This document shows, one piece after another, positions 9,388 to 17,778 of a DNA stretch of 64,000 nucleotides (its first letter is position 1; every line of letters begins with the position of its first letter). The translations under genes and the position numbers were made by a program. Origin of the DNA: Devosia sp. (GTDB taxonomy: Bacteria > Pseudomonadota > Alphaproteobacteria > Rhizobiales > Devosiaceae); assembly GCA_040081185.1 (NCBI GenBank), contig JBEBHC010000002.1:1693-65692 (forward strand), in the 5' to 3' direction. The notes beneath the pieces were generated by a model. The model saw only the letters and a list, made by a program, of their open reading frames with translations, made no database searches and was not told the origin of the DNA.

Positions 9388-10983
9388 TTAGTGCCGTTCC
9401 TTGGTCGACAGGAACTGCACCTTTGGGTTGTCGCGTTCGGCGCGGCCCAGCCACCAGGCCGACTGCGCGAGATAGACCGGGTCGCCATCCTTGTCCTCGG
9501 CGAATTCCAGTTTCTGGCGGCTGATGAACTCGTCGAGCGCTTTCTTGTCCTCGGACTTCACCCAGCGCGCCATCTCGAAATTGATGCTCTCGAACGAGAT
9601 CGGCACATTGTATTCCTTCAGGATGCGCGCCTGCAGCACTTCGAGCTGCAGCTGCCCCACCACCCCCACGATATAGTCGGCGCCCACCATGCGGCGGAAC
9701 ACCTGCGCCACGCCCTCCTCGGCGAGATCGCTGAGCGCCTTGGCCAACTGCTTGGCCTTGATCGGATCGGTCAGCCGGACCCGGCGGATGATCTCGGGCG
9801 CGAAGTTCGGGATGCCCGTCACCTTTACCGCCGGCCCATCGGTCAGCGTATCGCCGACGCTCAGCGTGCCGTGATTTGGAATGCCCACGATGTCGCCGGC
9901 GACCGCTTCCTCCGCCAGCTCGCGATCGTGCCCGAGAAAGAACATGGGGTTGGCGATGGCGAGATCCTTCCCCGTCCGCACGTTCTTGAGCTTCATGCCG
10001 CGCTGGAACGTCCCCGATGACATCCGAACGAAGGCCACGCGGTCGCGATGGTTCGCGTCCATGTTCGCCTGCACCTTGAAAACGAACCCGGTGACCTTGC
10101 TTTCCGCCGGATTGATCGGCGCCGGCTCCGCCGGTTGCGGCCGCGGTTCGGGCGCCCAGGTGGCGAGTGCCTGCAGCAGCGCCGGCACCGACACCGTCTT
10201 CAGCGCCGAGCCGAAAATCACCGGCGTCAGATGCCCGGCGCGATAGGTCTCGACGTCGAACTCCGGATAACCGATGCGGGCCAGCTCCAGCGCTTCGAGC
10301 GACGCCTTGATCACCGGATCGGCGACAAGCACCGCATCGTTGAGCAACTCATCGGGATCGTCGAACGACTTCAGCACCACGCCCGCCGGCGTCAGCACCT
10401 GCTTGCCCACGAGGTCGACGACGCCCTTGAAATCGACGCCCTGCCCCAACGGCCACACCACCGGCGTGACATCCAGCGCGAGCGTATCGGCGATCTCATC
10501 GAGAATGGCGATCGGGTCCTTGCCCTCGCGGTCCACCTTGTTGGCAAAGGTGATGATCGGGATATCGCGCAGCCGGCACACTTCGAACAGCTTGAGCGTC
10601 TGCGCCTCGATGCCCTTGGCGACGTCGATCACCATCACCGCCGCGTCCACCGCGGTCAGCGTGCGGTAGGTGTCCTCGGAGAAGTCGGAGTGGCCTGGCG
10701 TGTCGAGCAGGTTGAAGGTCAGGCCAAGGTGCTCGAACGTCATCACCGACGACGAAATAGAAATGCCGCGCTGCTGCTCGATCTCCATCCAGTCCGATCG
10801 CGTCGCGCGCGTATTGGCCCGCCCGCGCACCGCGCCGGCCTGGTTGATGGCGCCCGAAGCCGCCAGCAGCTTCTCCGTCAGCGTCGTTTTGCCCGCATCC
10901 GGATGCGAAATGATCGCGAACGTGCGCCGCGATTGATACGGCATCAGCTTGGTCGCGGAACTGGTTTGGGTCACGGCGTTCAT
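9388..10983 (-). CDS. prfC: peptide chain release factor 3
   Basis: RRTFAIISHPDAGKTTLTEKLL, SDWMEIEQQRGIS, DTPGHSDFSEDTYR, NKVDR; start could be 10983 or 10944. Confidence 0.95.
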   Translation of the reverse strand: MNAVTQTSSATKLMPYQSRRTFAIISHPDAGKTTLTEKLLAASGAINQAGAVRGRANTRATRSDWMEIEQQRGISISSSVMTFEHLGLTFNLLDTPGHSDFSEDTYRTLTAVDAAVMVIDVAKGIEAQTLKLFEVCRLRDIPIITFANKVDREGKDPIAILDEIADTLALDVTPVVWPLGQGVDFKGVVDLVGKQVLTPAGVVLKSFDDPDELLNDAVLVADPVIKASLEALELARIGYPEFDVETYRAGHLTPVIFGSALKTVSVPALLQALATWAPEPRPQPAEPAPINPAESKVTGFVFKVQANMDANHRDRVAFVRMSSGTFQRGMKLKNVRTGKDLAIANPMFFLGHDRELAEEAVAGDIVGIPNHGTLSVGDTLTDGPAVKVTGIPNFAPEIIRRVRLTDPIKAKQLAKALSDLAEEGVAQVFRRMVGADYIVGVVGQLQLEVLQARILKEYNVPISFESINFEMARWVKSEDKKALDEFISRQKLEFAEDKDGDPVYLAQSAWWLGRAERDNPKVQFLSTKERH

Positions 10984-11030
10984 GGCGCTGGGGTCTATCC
11001 TCATCCCTTGCTCCGGCGCAAGCACCGCCC

Positions 11031-11063
11031 AAAACGAAAGAGGCCGCCATTGCTGGCGGCCTC
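11031..11063 (-). terminator. intrinsic terminator upstream of prfC
   Basis: minus strand GAGGCCGCCA-GCAA-TGGCGGCCTC followed by TTTCGTTTT. Confidence 0.75.
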
Positions 11064-11120
11064 CCGATCTCGTGGTCTGTCTTGGTCTCTTGAGAGTGAA
11101 CTCCGAGACCGCTGCGACGA

Positions 11121-11189
11121 CTACAGAGGCTGCTCCATACCGAAGCGCAACGATCCAAGACCCTTCGAAACCTTCGATTTCTGATGCAC
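11121..11189 (-). CDS. putative 22-aa small ORF MHQKSKVSKGLGSLRFGMEQPL
   Basis: GTG start directly after AGGAGGTGATCCA, TAG stop; lies between a sigma70-like promoter and a terminator. Confidence 0.5.
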   Translation of the reverse strand: MHQKSKVSKGLGSLRFGMEQPL

Positions 11190-11223
11190 TGGATCACCTC
11201 CTCTCGCTGTTGAACTCCCGCAT

Positions 11224-11252
11224 AGATTGGGGTGCATCGGCGGATTTGGCAA
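11224..11252 (-). promoter_or_regulatory. sigma70-like promoter of the small transcript
   Basis: TTGCCA-N17-CAATCT on minus strand. Confidence 0.5.
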
Positions 11253-11270
11253 GGGCTTTGTTCGGTGGCG

Positions 11271-12815
11271 TTACTCCCCCATCGCCTCCGCCACGTTAAC
11301 CTTGGCCGGCTGCTTCGGATTGCGCAGCAACAGGACCAGCGGTGCGGATGCGACCGTGATGATGGCCATGAGCCAGAAGTCGTCGAGATAGCTGATCATC
11401 GCTGCCTGCTGCGTCACGAGTCCCGTGAGTGAGGCGAACACGCTCGTCACGCCCTGCATCACACCCGGGAAGTCGCGCACCGGCGCGCTGTCGATCGTGA
11501 GCCGCGTGCCGAGTTCGGCGCTGTTCACCAGGATCATGTGGCTCAACACCGTCGAGACGATGGAGATACCTACGCCCTGCCCGACATTGCGGATGAGGCT
11601 GAAGAACGCCGTCGCATCGACGCGCATCTTCGACGAGATCGTCGCGAAGGCCAGTGTGTTGAGTGGCACGAAGACCAGCCCGAGGCCGATCCCCTGCAGC
11701 AGGCCGGACCACATCAGCAACCCGCTGTCCATCTGCAGGTCGAAGCCGGTCATGATCCACAACGACCAGGCCGAAATGGCGATGCCGGTGATGACGAGGA
11801 TGCGCGAATCGACGCGGCCGATCAGCCGTCCGACGAGGAGCATCGACAGCATCGTGCCCACGCCGCGCGGCGCCATCACGATGCCGGTGTCGATCACCGA
11901 ATAACCCATCAGGTTCTGCAGCAGCGGCGGCAGCAAGGCGAGGCCAGAGAAGGTCGTGATGCCGATCATGAAGATGAAGAACAGGCCCGAGGTGAAGTTG
12001 CGGTCACTGAACATCTTGAGATCGACGAACGGATTGGCCGCCGTCCAACAATGCACCACGAACATCCAGTATCCCGAGATCGCGAGGCCGAGATACAGCC
12101 AGATCTCGGCGCTCTCGAACCAGCCGGCGCTCGAACCGCGATCGAAGATCATCTGTGTTGCAGCCACGGCGATGGCGAGCATTGCAAAGCCGAAGATGTC
12201 GAACTTGCGCTGCTTGATAGGCTCCTTCGGCATGTAGAGCCATAGGGCCGCAAAGGCGAGGATGCCTACCGGCAGGTTGACAAGGAACACCCAGCGCCAG
12301 TCGAAATTCTCGGTCAGCACGCCCCCCAGTGTCGGCCCGATGATGGGAGCAACCATGATGCCAAGCCCGAAGATCGCCATCGACTGGCCCATGCGCTCGC
12401 GCGGCGTCACGTCCATCATGATTGCCTGGGCCAGCGGCGCCAGCGCGGCGCCGAACACACCCTGAAGGACGCGGAACACCACCATCATCGGTAGGCTCGT
12501 CGACACACCGCAGAGCAGCGAAGCGGCGGTGAATCCGGCAACGCCGATCAGCAGCAGGTTGCGACGGCCGATCCGGTCGGCCAGCCAGCCCGACAACGGC
12601 GTCGCGATGGCCGCAGCCACGATATAGGAAGTGAGCACCCAGCTCACCTCTTCCTGGCTCGCCGACAGCGCGGCGCGCATATGCGGCAACGCCACGTTGG
12701 CAATCGTCGTGTCGAGCACCTGCATCACCATGGCGAGCATGGTGGCGGCGATCAGCAGCGTCCGATTCTTGACGATCAGCGCAGGCTTCGACAGCGCGGC
12801 AGCGACCTCAGCCAT
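11271..12815 (-). CDS. DHA2 family MFS efflux pump (EmrB/QacA)
   Basis: MQVLDTTIANVALPHM, WVLTSY, LADRIGRR, GPTLGG..WRWVFLVNLPVG; multi-TM profile. Confidence 0.92.
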   Translation of the reverse strand: MAEVAAALSKPALIVKNRTLLIAATMLAMVMQVLDTTIANVALPHMRAALSASQEEVSWVLTSYIVAAAIATPLSGWLADRIGRRNLLLIGVAGFTAASLLCGVSTSLPMMVVFRVLQGVFGAALAPLAQAIMMDVTPRERMGQSMAIFGLGIMVAPIIGPTLGGVLTENFDWRWVFLVNLPVGILAFAALWLYMPKEPIKQRKFDIFGFAMLAIAVAATQMIFDRGSSAGWFESAEIWLYLGLAISGYWMFVVHCWTAANPFVDLKMFSDRNFTSGLFFIFMIGITTFSGLALLPPLLQNLMGYSVIDTGIVMAPRGVGTMLSMLLVGRLIGRVDSRILVITGIAISAWSLWIMTGFDLQMDSGLLMWSGLLQGIGLGLVFVPLNTLAFATISSKMRVDATAFFSLIRNVGQGVGISIVSTVLSHMILVNSAELGTRLTIDSAPVRDFPGVMQGVTSVFASLTGLVTQQAAMISYLDDFWLMAIITVASAPLVLLLRNPKQPAKVNVAEAMGE

Positions 12816-12826
12816 TCTCTAGTTCC

Positions 12827-13960
12827 TCAGCCAGCCGGCTTGGTGTCCACCGAAACCACCGCGCTCATTCCAGCGCGCAGCACCTGGCCCTCGGATGGGT
12901 CGAGCGTGATGTGCACCGGCACGCGCTGGGTCACCTTCACCCAGTTGCCCGTGGCGTTCTGCGCCGGGATCAGCGCGAACTCGGCGCCCGTACCGGCCCC
13001 GATCGACTCGAGCTTGCCCTCGAACACAACGCCCGGATAGGCGTCGAGCTTGACGTCGACCTTCATGCCTTCCTTCAGCGCCGCCAGTTGCGTCTCCTTG
13101 AAGTTGGCCTCGATCCAGCTGTCATTGGTCTCGATCAGCGAAGCGATGGTCGTGCCGGTCGAAACGAACTGGCCGACATTGAGGCTCGCCACCTGACTTA
13201 CGATGCCATCGGCAGGAGCCACCACATCGGTCTTGCTGAGGTTACGCGCCGCAGCGTCACGTGCGGCCAGCGCCGACTGCACGGCCGGATGCGCGTCCGT
13301 CGCAATCGACGGATCGCCGGCCAGCGCCGCAGTGGCGCTCGCCACCTGCTGCTTGGTCACGTTGACCTGCGCCTGCGCCGTCTCGAGCGCGAGCTTGGAA
13401 TCGTCCAATGTCGCATCGGACGCCGCACCTTTGGTCACCAGCGCCTGCTTGCGATCGAACGCGTCCTTGCGGATGGTCAACGTCGCCTGCGCCGCGTCGA
13501 GTTGCGCGTTGGCCGTGCCGTACGCGACCTTCAACTGCTCGACATTGACGCGCGCCGCTGCAAGAGCGGCATCGGCCTGCGCCAGGGCAATGCGATAGGG
13601 CTCGGCATCGAGCGAGAACAGGGTCTCGCCGGCCTTGACCAGCTGATTGTCGTGCACCGCCACCGAGACCACGCGGCCCGACACGTCGGCCGAGAGCGAA
13701 ACCTTGGCCTGCTGCACATAGGCATTGTCGGTCTCGACATAGCGGCCGCCTGAAAGCCAGAAATAGCCACCGCCCGCCGCGAGCAGTACCGGCACGGCGA
13801 GCAGCAGCAGGGTCCGGCGCGAACGCTTCGGCTTTGCCGGCGCTGCGGCCGGAGCGTCGACCTTGGTTTCGGCCTTCGCCTCGAGCCGCAGATCGGCCTT
13901 GGCGGTAAGCGGAACAACCGCGGCATCGCCAGGCTTGGGAGCTTCCATACGGGCGTTCAT
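12827..13960 (-). CDS. EmrA/HlyD family membrane fusion protein
   Basis: ETDNAYV, ANFKETQL, GTGAEFALIPAQNATGNWVKVTQRVPV. Confidence 0.92.
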   Translation of the reverse strand: MNARMEAPKPGDAAVVPLTAKADLRLEAKAETKVDAPAAAPAKPKRSRRTLLLLAVPVLLAAGGGYFWLSGGRYVETDNAYVQQAKVSLSADVSGRVVSVAVHDNQLVKAGETLFSLDAEPYRIALAQADAALAAARVNVEQLKVAYGTANAQLDAAQATLTIRKDAFDRKQALVTKGAASDATLDDSKLALETAQAQVNVTKQQVASATAALAGDPSIATDAHPAVQSALAARDAAARNLSKTDVVAPADGIVSQVASLNVGQFVSTGTTIASLIETNDSWIEANFKETQLAALKEGMKVDVKLDAYPGVVFEGKLESIGAGTGAEFALIPAQNATGNWVKVTQRVPVHITLDPSEGQVLRAGMSAVVSVDTKPAG

Positions 13961-13961
13961 T

Positions 13962-14462
13962 TCAGGCGTCTTCCTTCTGAGCGGCCGTGGCGGGCCGGAT
14001 ATCGTTGTTCATGGAGATCAGGTTGTCGCGGATGCGTTCGAGCGCGGCGGTCAACGCCTTCTGCTCAGTCTTGCTCACCCCCGCGATCGAATCCGAGTAG
14101 ATGCCGAGCCCGGTCTGACGGATCTCGACCACCAGCGCCTCGCCGGCTGCGGTGATGCGCGCCAGCTTGGCCCTGCTGTCTTCGGGATTGGGATAGCGTT
14201 CCAGCAGCCCGCGCTTGTCGAGCCTGTCGAGAATACCGCTCACCGTCATCGGATCGCTATCGGTGGCATTCGCCAGCCCCACCTGCGTCGTACCGGGGCT
14301 GCGCCACAGCTCGGCGAGGATGCGGAACTGCGGCAGCGTAAGATCGTGTTCGCGCGCCTCTTCCTCGAAGCGCCGCTTCATCAGCTTGGCGACCTCATGA
14401 ATGAGATAGCCGAGCGGCAGGACGTCTTTGAGATTGGGCGAAAGCGGAGACTTCTCGGGCAT
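13962..14462 (-). CDS. MarR family transcriptional regulator
   Basis: LTLPQFRILAEL..TQVGLA..TVSGILDRLDKRGLLER..DSRAK; heads the emrAB-like operon. Confidence 0.88.
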   Translation of the reverse strand: MPEKSPLSPNLKDVLPLGYLIHEVAKLMKRRFEEEAREHDLTLPQFRILAELWRSPGTTQVGLANATDSDPMTVSGILDRLDKRGLLERYPNPEDSRAKLARITAAGEALVVEIRQTGLGIYSDSIAGVSKTEQKALTAALERIRDNLISMNNDIRPATAAQKEDA

Positions 14463-14470
14463 CTGATTTA

Positions 14471-14514
14471 CTAAGTGTACATATGATATGTGCACATATA
14501 ATAAGTCCACTTAG
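14471..14514. promoter_or_regulatory. putative MarR operator
   Basis: AT-rich perfect palindrome ATATGTGCACATAT (14486-14499) flanked by inverted CTAAGTG/CACTTAG just upstream of marR. Confidence 0.55.
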
Positions 14515-14659
14515 CATGTCAAACCCGCCATCAGCGCGTCAGGTCTGCTTTCCCTGCATGGTTTGCGGCCGGTTTACTGCCGGGAAGTGCTTCAGTCTGT
14601 GCCGTCCACGAGCGTCGGTGGTGTTCAGCCTGAAAGAAGGTCATGGCGCGTCGGTGGCG

Positions 14660-14693
14660 TTGCCAAGTCCGGAATCCTCCGGTAACGTTCCCG
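14660..14693 (+). promoter_or_regulatory. sigma70 promoter with overlapping LacI-type operator
   Basis: TTGCCA-N17-TAACGT; near-palindrome CGGTAACGTTCCCG covers the -10. Confidence 0.6.
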
Positions 14694-14743
14694 CCAGTCG
14701 CCCGAAGGAACCGCAGAGTTCCGGGGGTGGCTGGGGAGAGCCA

Positions 14744-15799
14744 ATGTCCACGCGCCGCAAGAGCCGGCCCACGATCATTGACGTTGCAGCGCTTGCGGGA
14801 GTCTCCAAGAGCACCGTGGCGCGTGCCCTGTCGGGTGGCGGCGAGATCGATCCCGGCACGCGCGAGAAGGTGCTGATCGCGGCGCGGACCGCGGGTTACG
14901 AGCGCAACCATCTCGCCGTCGGCATGCGCTCCGGCCGCTCCGGCATGCTCGGCATGATCATTCCCGATATCGCCAATCCATTCTGGGCTGAAATCGCGCG
15001 GGGCGCACAGGACCGTGCCGCCGAGTATGGCACCTCGCTGCTCGTGTTTTCGTCTGACTGGGACCACGCGCGCGAAGCTCGGCACCTGCAGACATTGCGC
15101 CAGGCGCGGATCGATGGCGTCGTGATCAATCCCGTCGCCGACAGCTTCGACGACCTCGATCGCTTCGGCTTGCCCTTCGTGCTTATCGGCTCGAGCGCCG
15201 AGCGTTTTCCCGAGACTTCCAGCGTCGGCTCGGACATCGGCCAAGGCGTGCGGCTGGGGCTCGATACGCTTGTTTCAAAGGGCCACGGCGCGCCCGCACT
15301 CATCCTCGGACCGAAGTCCCGCATCGCGCGTGCGCGTTTCCTGCGTGCCGTTTACGACCATTGCATCGAGCGCGACATAGACCCGGCGTCGCTCGTCACA
15401 GAGGACGCCGACTACACCGTCGACGGCGGCCATGCCGCCATGCAGCGCATCCTGAGCCGCAACGATCGCAGCCGGCACGTCACCATCTTCGCCGCCAATG
15501 ACCTGATGGCGCTCGGCGCTATGATGGCCGCACGGGAGGCCGGAAAGTCCTGCCCAGCGGACGTGTCCATTCTCGGTTTCGATGGCATCCCCGCCGGCGC
15601 GTTTTCCTGGCCGGGCCTCACGACCATCGAAAAGCCGGCGCGCGCCCTTGGCCGTCGCGCCATCGAGAGCCTCTACGATGAGATAGCGGGTCGCGCCGAT
15701 CATGGCCGGATCTATCTCCCTTGCCGGATGATCGAGCGCGGCTCGCTTGCCGACCTGTCGGCGCAGCCCAGCCGCCAGCGCCAGACCGAGCGAGCCTGA
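14744..15799 (+). CDS. LacI family transcriptional regulator
   Basis: PTIIDVAALAGVSKSTVARAL HTH, IPDIANPFW, ANDLMALG, SILGFD, LTTI. Confidence 0.92.
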   Translation: MSTRRKSRPTIIDVAALAGVSKSTVARALSGGGEIDPGTREKVLIAARTAGYERNHLAVGMRSGRSGMLGMIIPDIANPFWAEIARGAQDRAAEYGTSLLVFSSDWDHAREARHLQTLRQARIDGVVINPVADSFDDLDRFGLPFVLIGSSAERFPETSSVGSDIGQGVRLGLDTLVSKGHGAPALILGPKSRIARARFLRAVYDHCIERDIDPASLVTEDADYTVDGGHAAMQRILSRNDRSRHVTIFAANDLMALGAMMAAREAGKSCPADVSILGFDGIPAGAFSWPGLTTIEKPARALGRRAIESLYDEIAGRADHGRIYLPCRMIERGSLADLSAQPSRQRQTERA

Positions 15800-15802
15800 G
15801 AC

Positions 15803-16759
15803 ATGGCCAGCTACGAAACGAATTCAGCAGGCACCGTTCCCGGGAACGTTCCCACAACGTCCCGCCGGGACTCGCTGAAGGTGTCCTGGCAAACGTGGTG
15901 GCCGTACTGGGCGATGATGGCGCCGGGCATCGTGTTTTTCGTGCTCTGGCACTACGTCCCGATCTGGAATGCCAAGATGGCGTTCGAGCAGGTCCGGATC
16001 ATCCCGCCCAATATCTGGGTCGGGCTCAAGAACTTCCAGCTGCTGTTCGCGTCGCCGGTCTTCTATCAGGTCGTCTGGAACACGCTGATCATCTCGACGA
16101 TGAAGATCGTCTTCATCTTCCCGGTGCCGATTATTGTCGCGCTGATGCTCAACGAGGTGCGCTCGGGCCGGCTGCGCAAGTTCATCCAGTCGGCAGTGTA
16201 CCTGCCGCACTTCCTCAGCTGGGTTGTGATCTCGGGCATCTTCATCGCCCTGCTCGCGCCCAGCGGCGCCGTCAACGATCTGGCGCGAACCGTCGGCCTG
16301 CAGCCGGTGAACTACATGACCAATACCGGCGCCATTCGCTGGGTGCTGGTCGTATCCGAAATCTGGCGCTCGGCAGGATGGGACAGCCTGCTCTATCTCG
16401 CCGCGATCATCGCCATCGACCAGTCGCTCTACGAGGCGGCCGAAATCGATGGAGCCAACCGCTGGCAGAAAGTTCTGTTCGTCACCATCCCCGGCATCGT
16501 TCCGACGATCGCGACGCTCTTCATTCTCAATATGGGCATGTTCCTGAGCGCAGGGCTCGATCAGGTGTTCAACATGCAGAACGCCGTCAACCTGTCGACG
16601 ATCGATATCATCGACACCTACGTCTATCGCATCGGCCTGCAGACGGGTGAGTACGCTCTCGCCACCGCTGCCGGTCTGTTCAAGGGCGTCATCGGCTTCA
16701 TCCTCATCATCGCCGCACACCTGGTGAGCAAGCGGCTGACCGGCCGGGGTGTGTGGTAG
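15803..16759 (+). CDS. carbohydrate ABC transporter permease (LplB-like)
   Basis: WVGLKNF, YLPHFLSWVV, LYEAAEIDGANRWQ EAA loop. Confidence 0.92.
   Translation: MASYETNSAGTVPGNVPTTSRRDSLKVSWQTWWPYWAMMAPGIVFFVLWHYVPIWNAKMAFEQVRIIPPNIWVGLKNFQLLFASPVFYQVVWNTLIISTMKIVFIFPVPIIVALMLNEVRSGRLRKFIQSAVYLPHFLSWVVISGIFIALLAPSGAVNDLARTVGLQPVNYMTNTGAIRWVLVVSEIWRSAGWDSLLYLAAIIAIDQSLYEAAEIDGANRWQKVLFVTIPGIVPTIATLFILNMGMFLSAGLDQVFNMQNAVNLSTIDIIDTYVYRIGLQTGEYALATAAGLFKGVIGFILIIAAHLVSKRLTGRGVW
15841..15854. promoter_or_regulatory. second LacI-type operator inside first permease gene
   Basis: perfect palindrome GGGAACGTTCCC matching the operator at 14680. Confidence 0.5.
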
Positions 16760-17718
16760 TGACCAGCATCGAAGAACCGATTGCCCCGCTATCATCCGCT
16801 CAGGAGCGTGTCGACGCACCTCGCGCAGCCATCGGCCGTACCCCGCTCGAACGCATCGAATACGCCATCATCGTTTCGACCCTGCTCGCCATGGTGGTGC
16901 TGACCGTTCAGCCGATCCTCAACCTGCTCGCCATCTCGTTCTCGGAAAATGCGCGCGTGCCGGGAATGAGCGGGCTCACCATCATTCCGGCAGGGTTTTC
17001 GCTCGATGTCTGGAACGTGCTGATCCATCATCCGAGCGTGCAGCGCGGCATGCTCAATTCGATCGGCATCACCGCTTTGGGGACGCTGATCAACGTGACC
17101 CTGACGACGATGATGGCATGGGGCCTGTCGCGACCCGGCCTGCCCGGCCGCCGCCTCGTCTATGTGCTCGTGCTGGTGACCATCGTGTTCGAGCCCGGCA
17201 TGTTGCCCGACTATTTCTTCAACAAGCAGTTCGGCCTGCTCGATACCTATTGGTCGGTGATCCTCTACAAGGCCGTAAACGCCTGGTACCTCATCATCCT
17301 CGTGCGCTTCTTCGAGGAAATCCCCGAAGACCTGGTGGAGGCCGCCCGCATCGACGGCGCCAACCCCTTCCAGATTTTCTGGATGGTGGTGCTGCCGCTC
17401 GCGAAGCCGGCCATTGCGACCATAGCGCTGTTCTACATCGTCTTTCACTGGAACGAGTTCTTTCGCCCGCTCCTCTATCTCAACGACGTCAACAAGTGGC
17501 CGTTGCAGCTGGTGCTGCGCCAGTTCGTCGTCGAGGGTGACAAGCTCTCGATCGTGGGTATCGAGGACATGGGCAAGTTCACCGGCGCCAGCCAGATCGA
17601 CCTGCGCGCCTTCAAGGCCGGCATGATCATCCTGACCATCGCGCCGATCCTGCTTATCTACCCGCTGATCCTCAAGTTCTTCACCAAGGGCACCATGACC
17701 GGTGCGGTGAAGGGATGA
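16753..17718 (+). CDS. carbohydrate ABC transporter permease (LplC-like)
   Basis: LVEAARIDGAN EAA loop, HWNEFF, WPLQLVLR, KFFTKGTMTGAVKG; start may be GTG 16759. Confidence 0.92.
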   Translation: MVVTSIEEPIAPLSSAQERVDAPRAAIGRTPLERIEYAIIVSTLLAMVVLTVQPILNLLAISFSENARVPGMSGLTIIPAGFSLDVWNVLIHHPSVQRGMLNSIGITALGTLINVTLTTMMAWGLSRPGLPGRRLVYVLVLVTIVFEPGMLPDYFFNKQFGLLDTYWSVILYKAVNAWYLIILVRFFEEIPEDLVEAARIDGANPFQIFWMVVLPLAKPAIATIALFYIVFHWNEFFRPLLYLNDVNKWPLQLVLRQFVVEGDKLSIVGIEDMGKFTGASQIDLRAFKAGMIILTIAPILLIYPLILKFFTKGTMTGAVKG

Positions 17719-17778
17719 GGCCGACAGTACTTTCCGACACCGCCAACCAAACCAATAAGCATAACGGAGGAGATACTC

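Noticed and set aside
11189-11202. 16S rRNA gene fragment (CTGGATCACCTCCT)
   Set aside because: Only 14 nt match and the flanks are not rRNA-like; better read as an extended SD on the minus strand
14483-14743. N-terminal extensions of LacI, and similarly CpdR, MntH and the ankyrin ORF
   Set aside because: Upstream in-frame starts run through promoter/operator DNA or neighbouring genes; downstream starts fit family lengths
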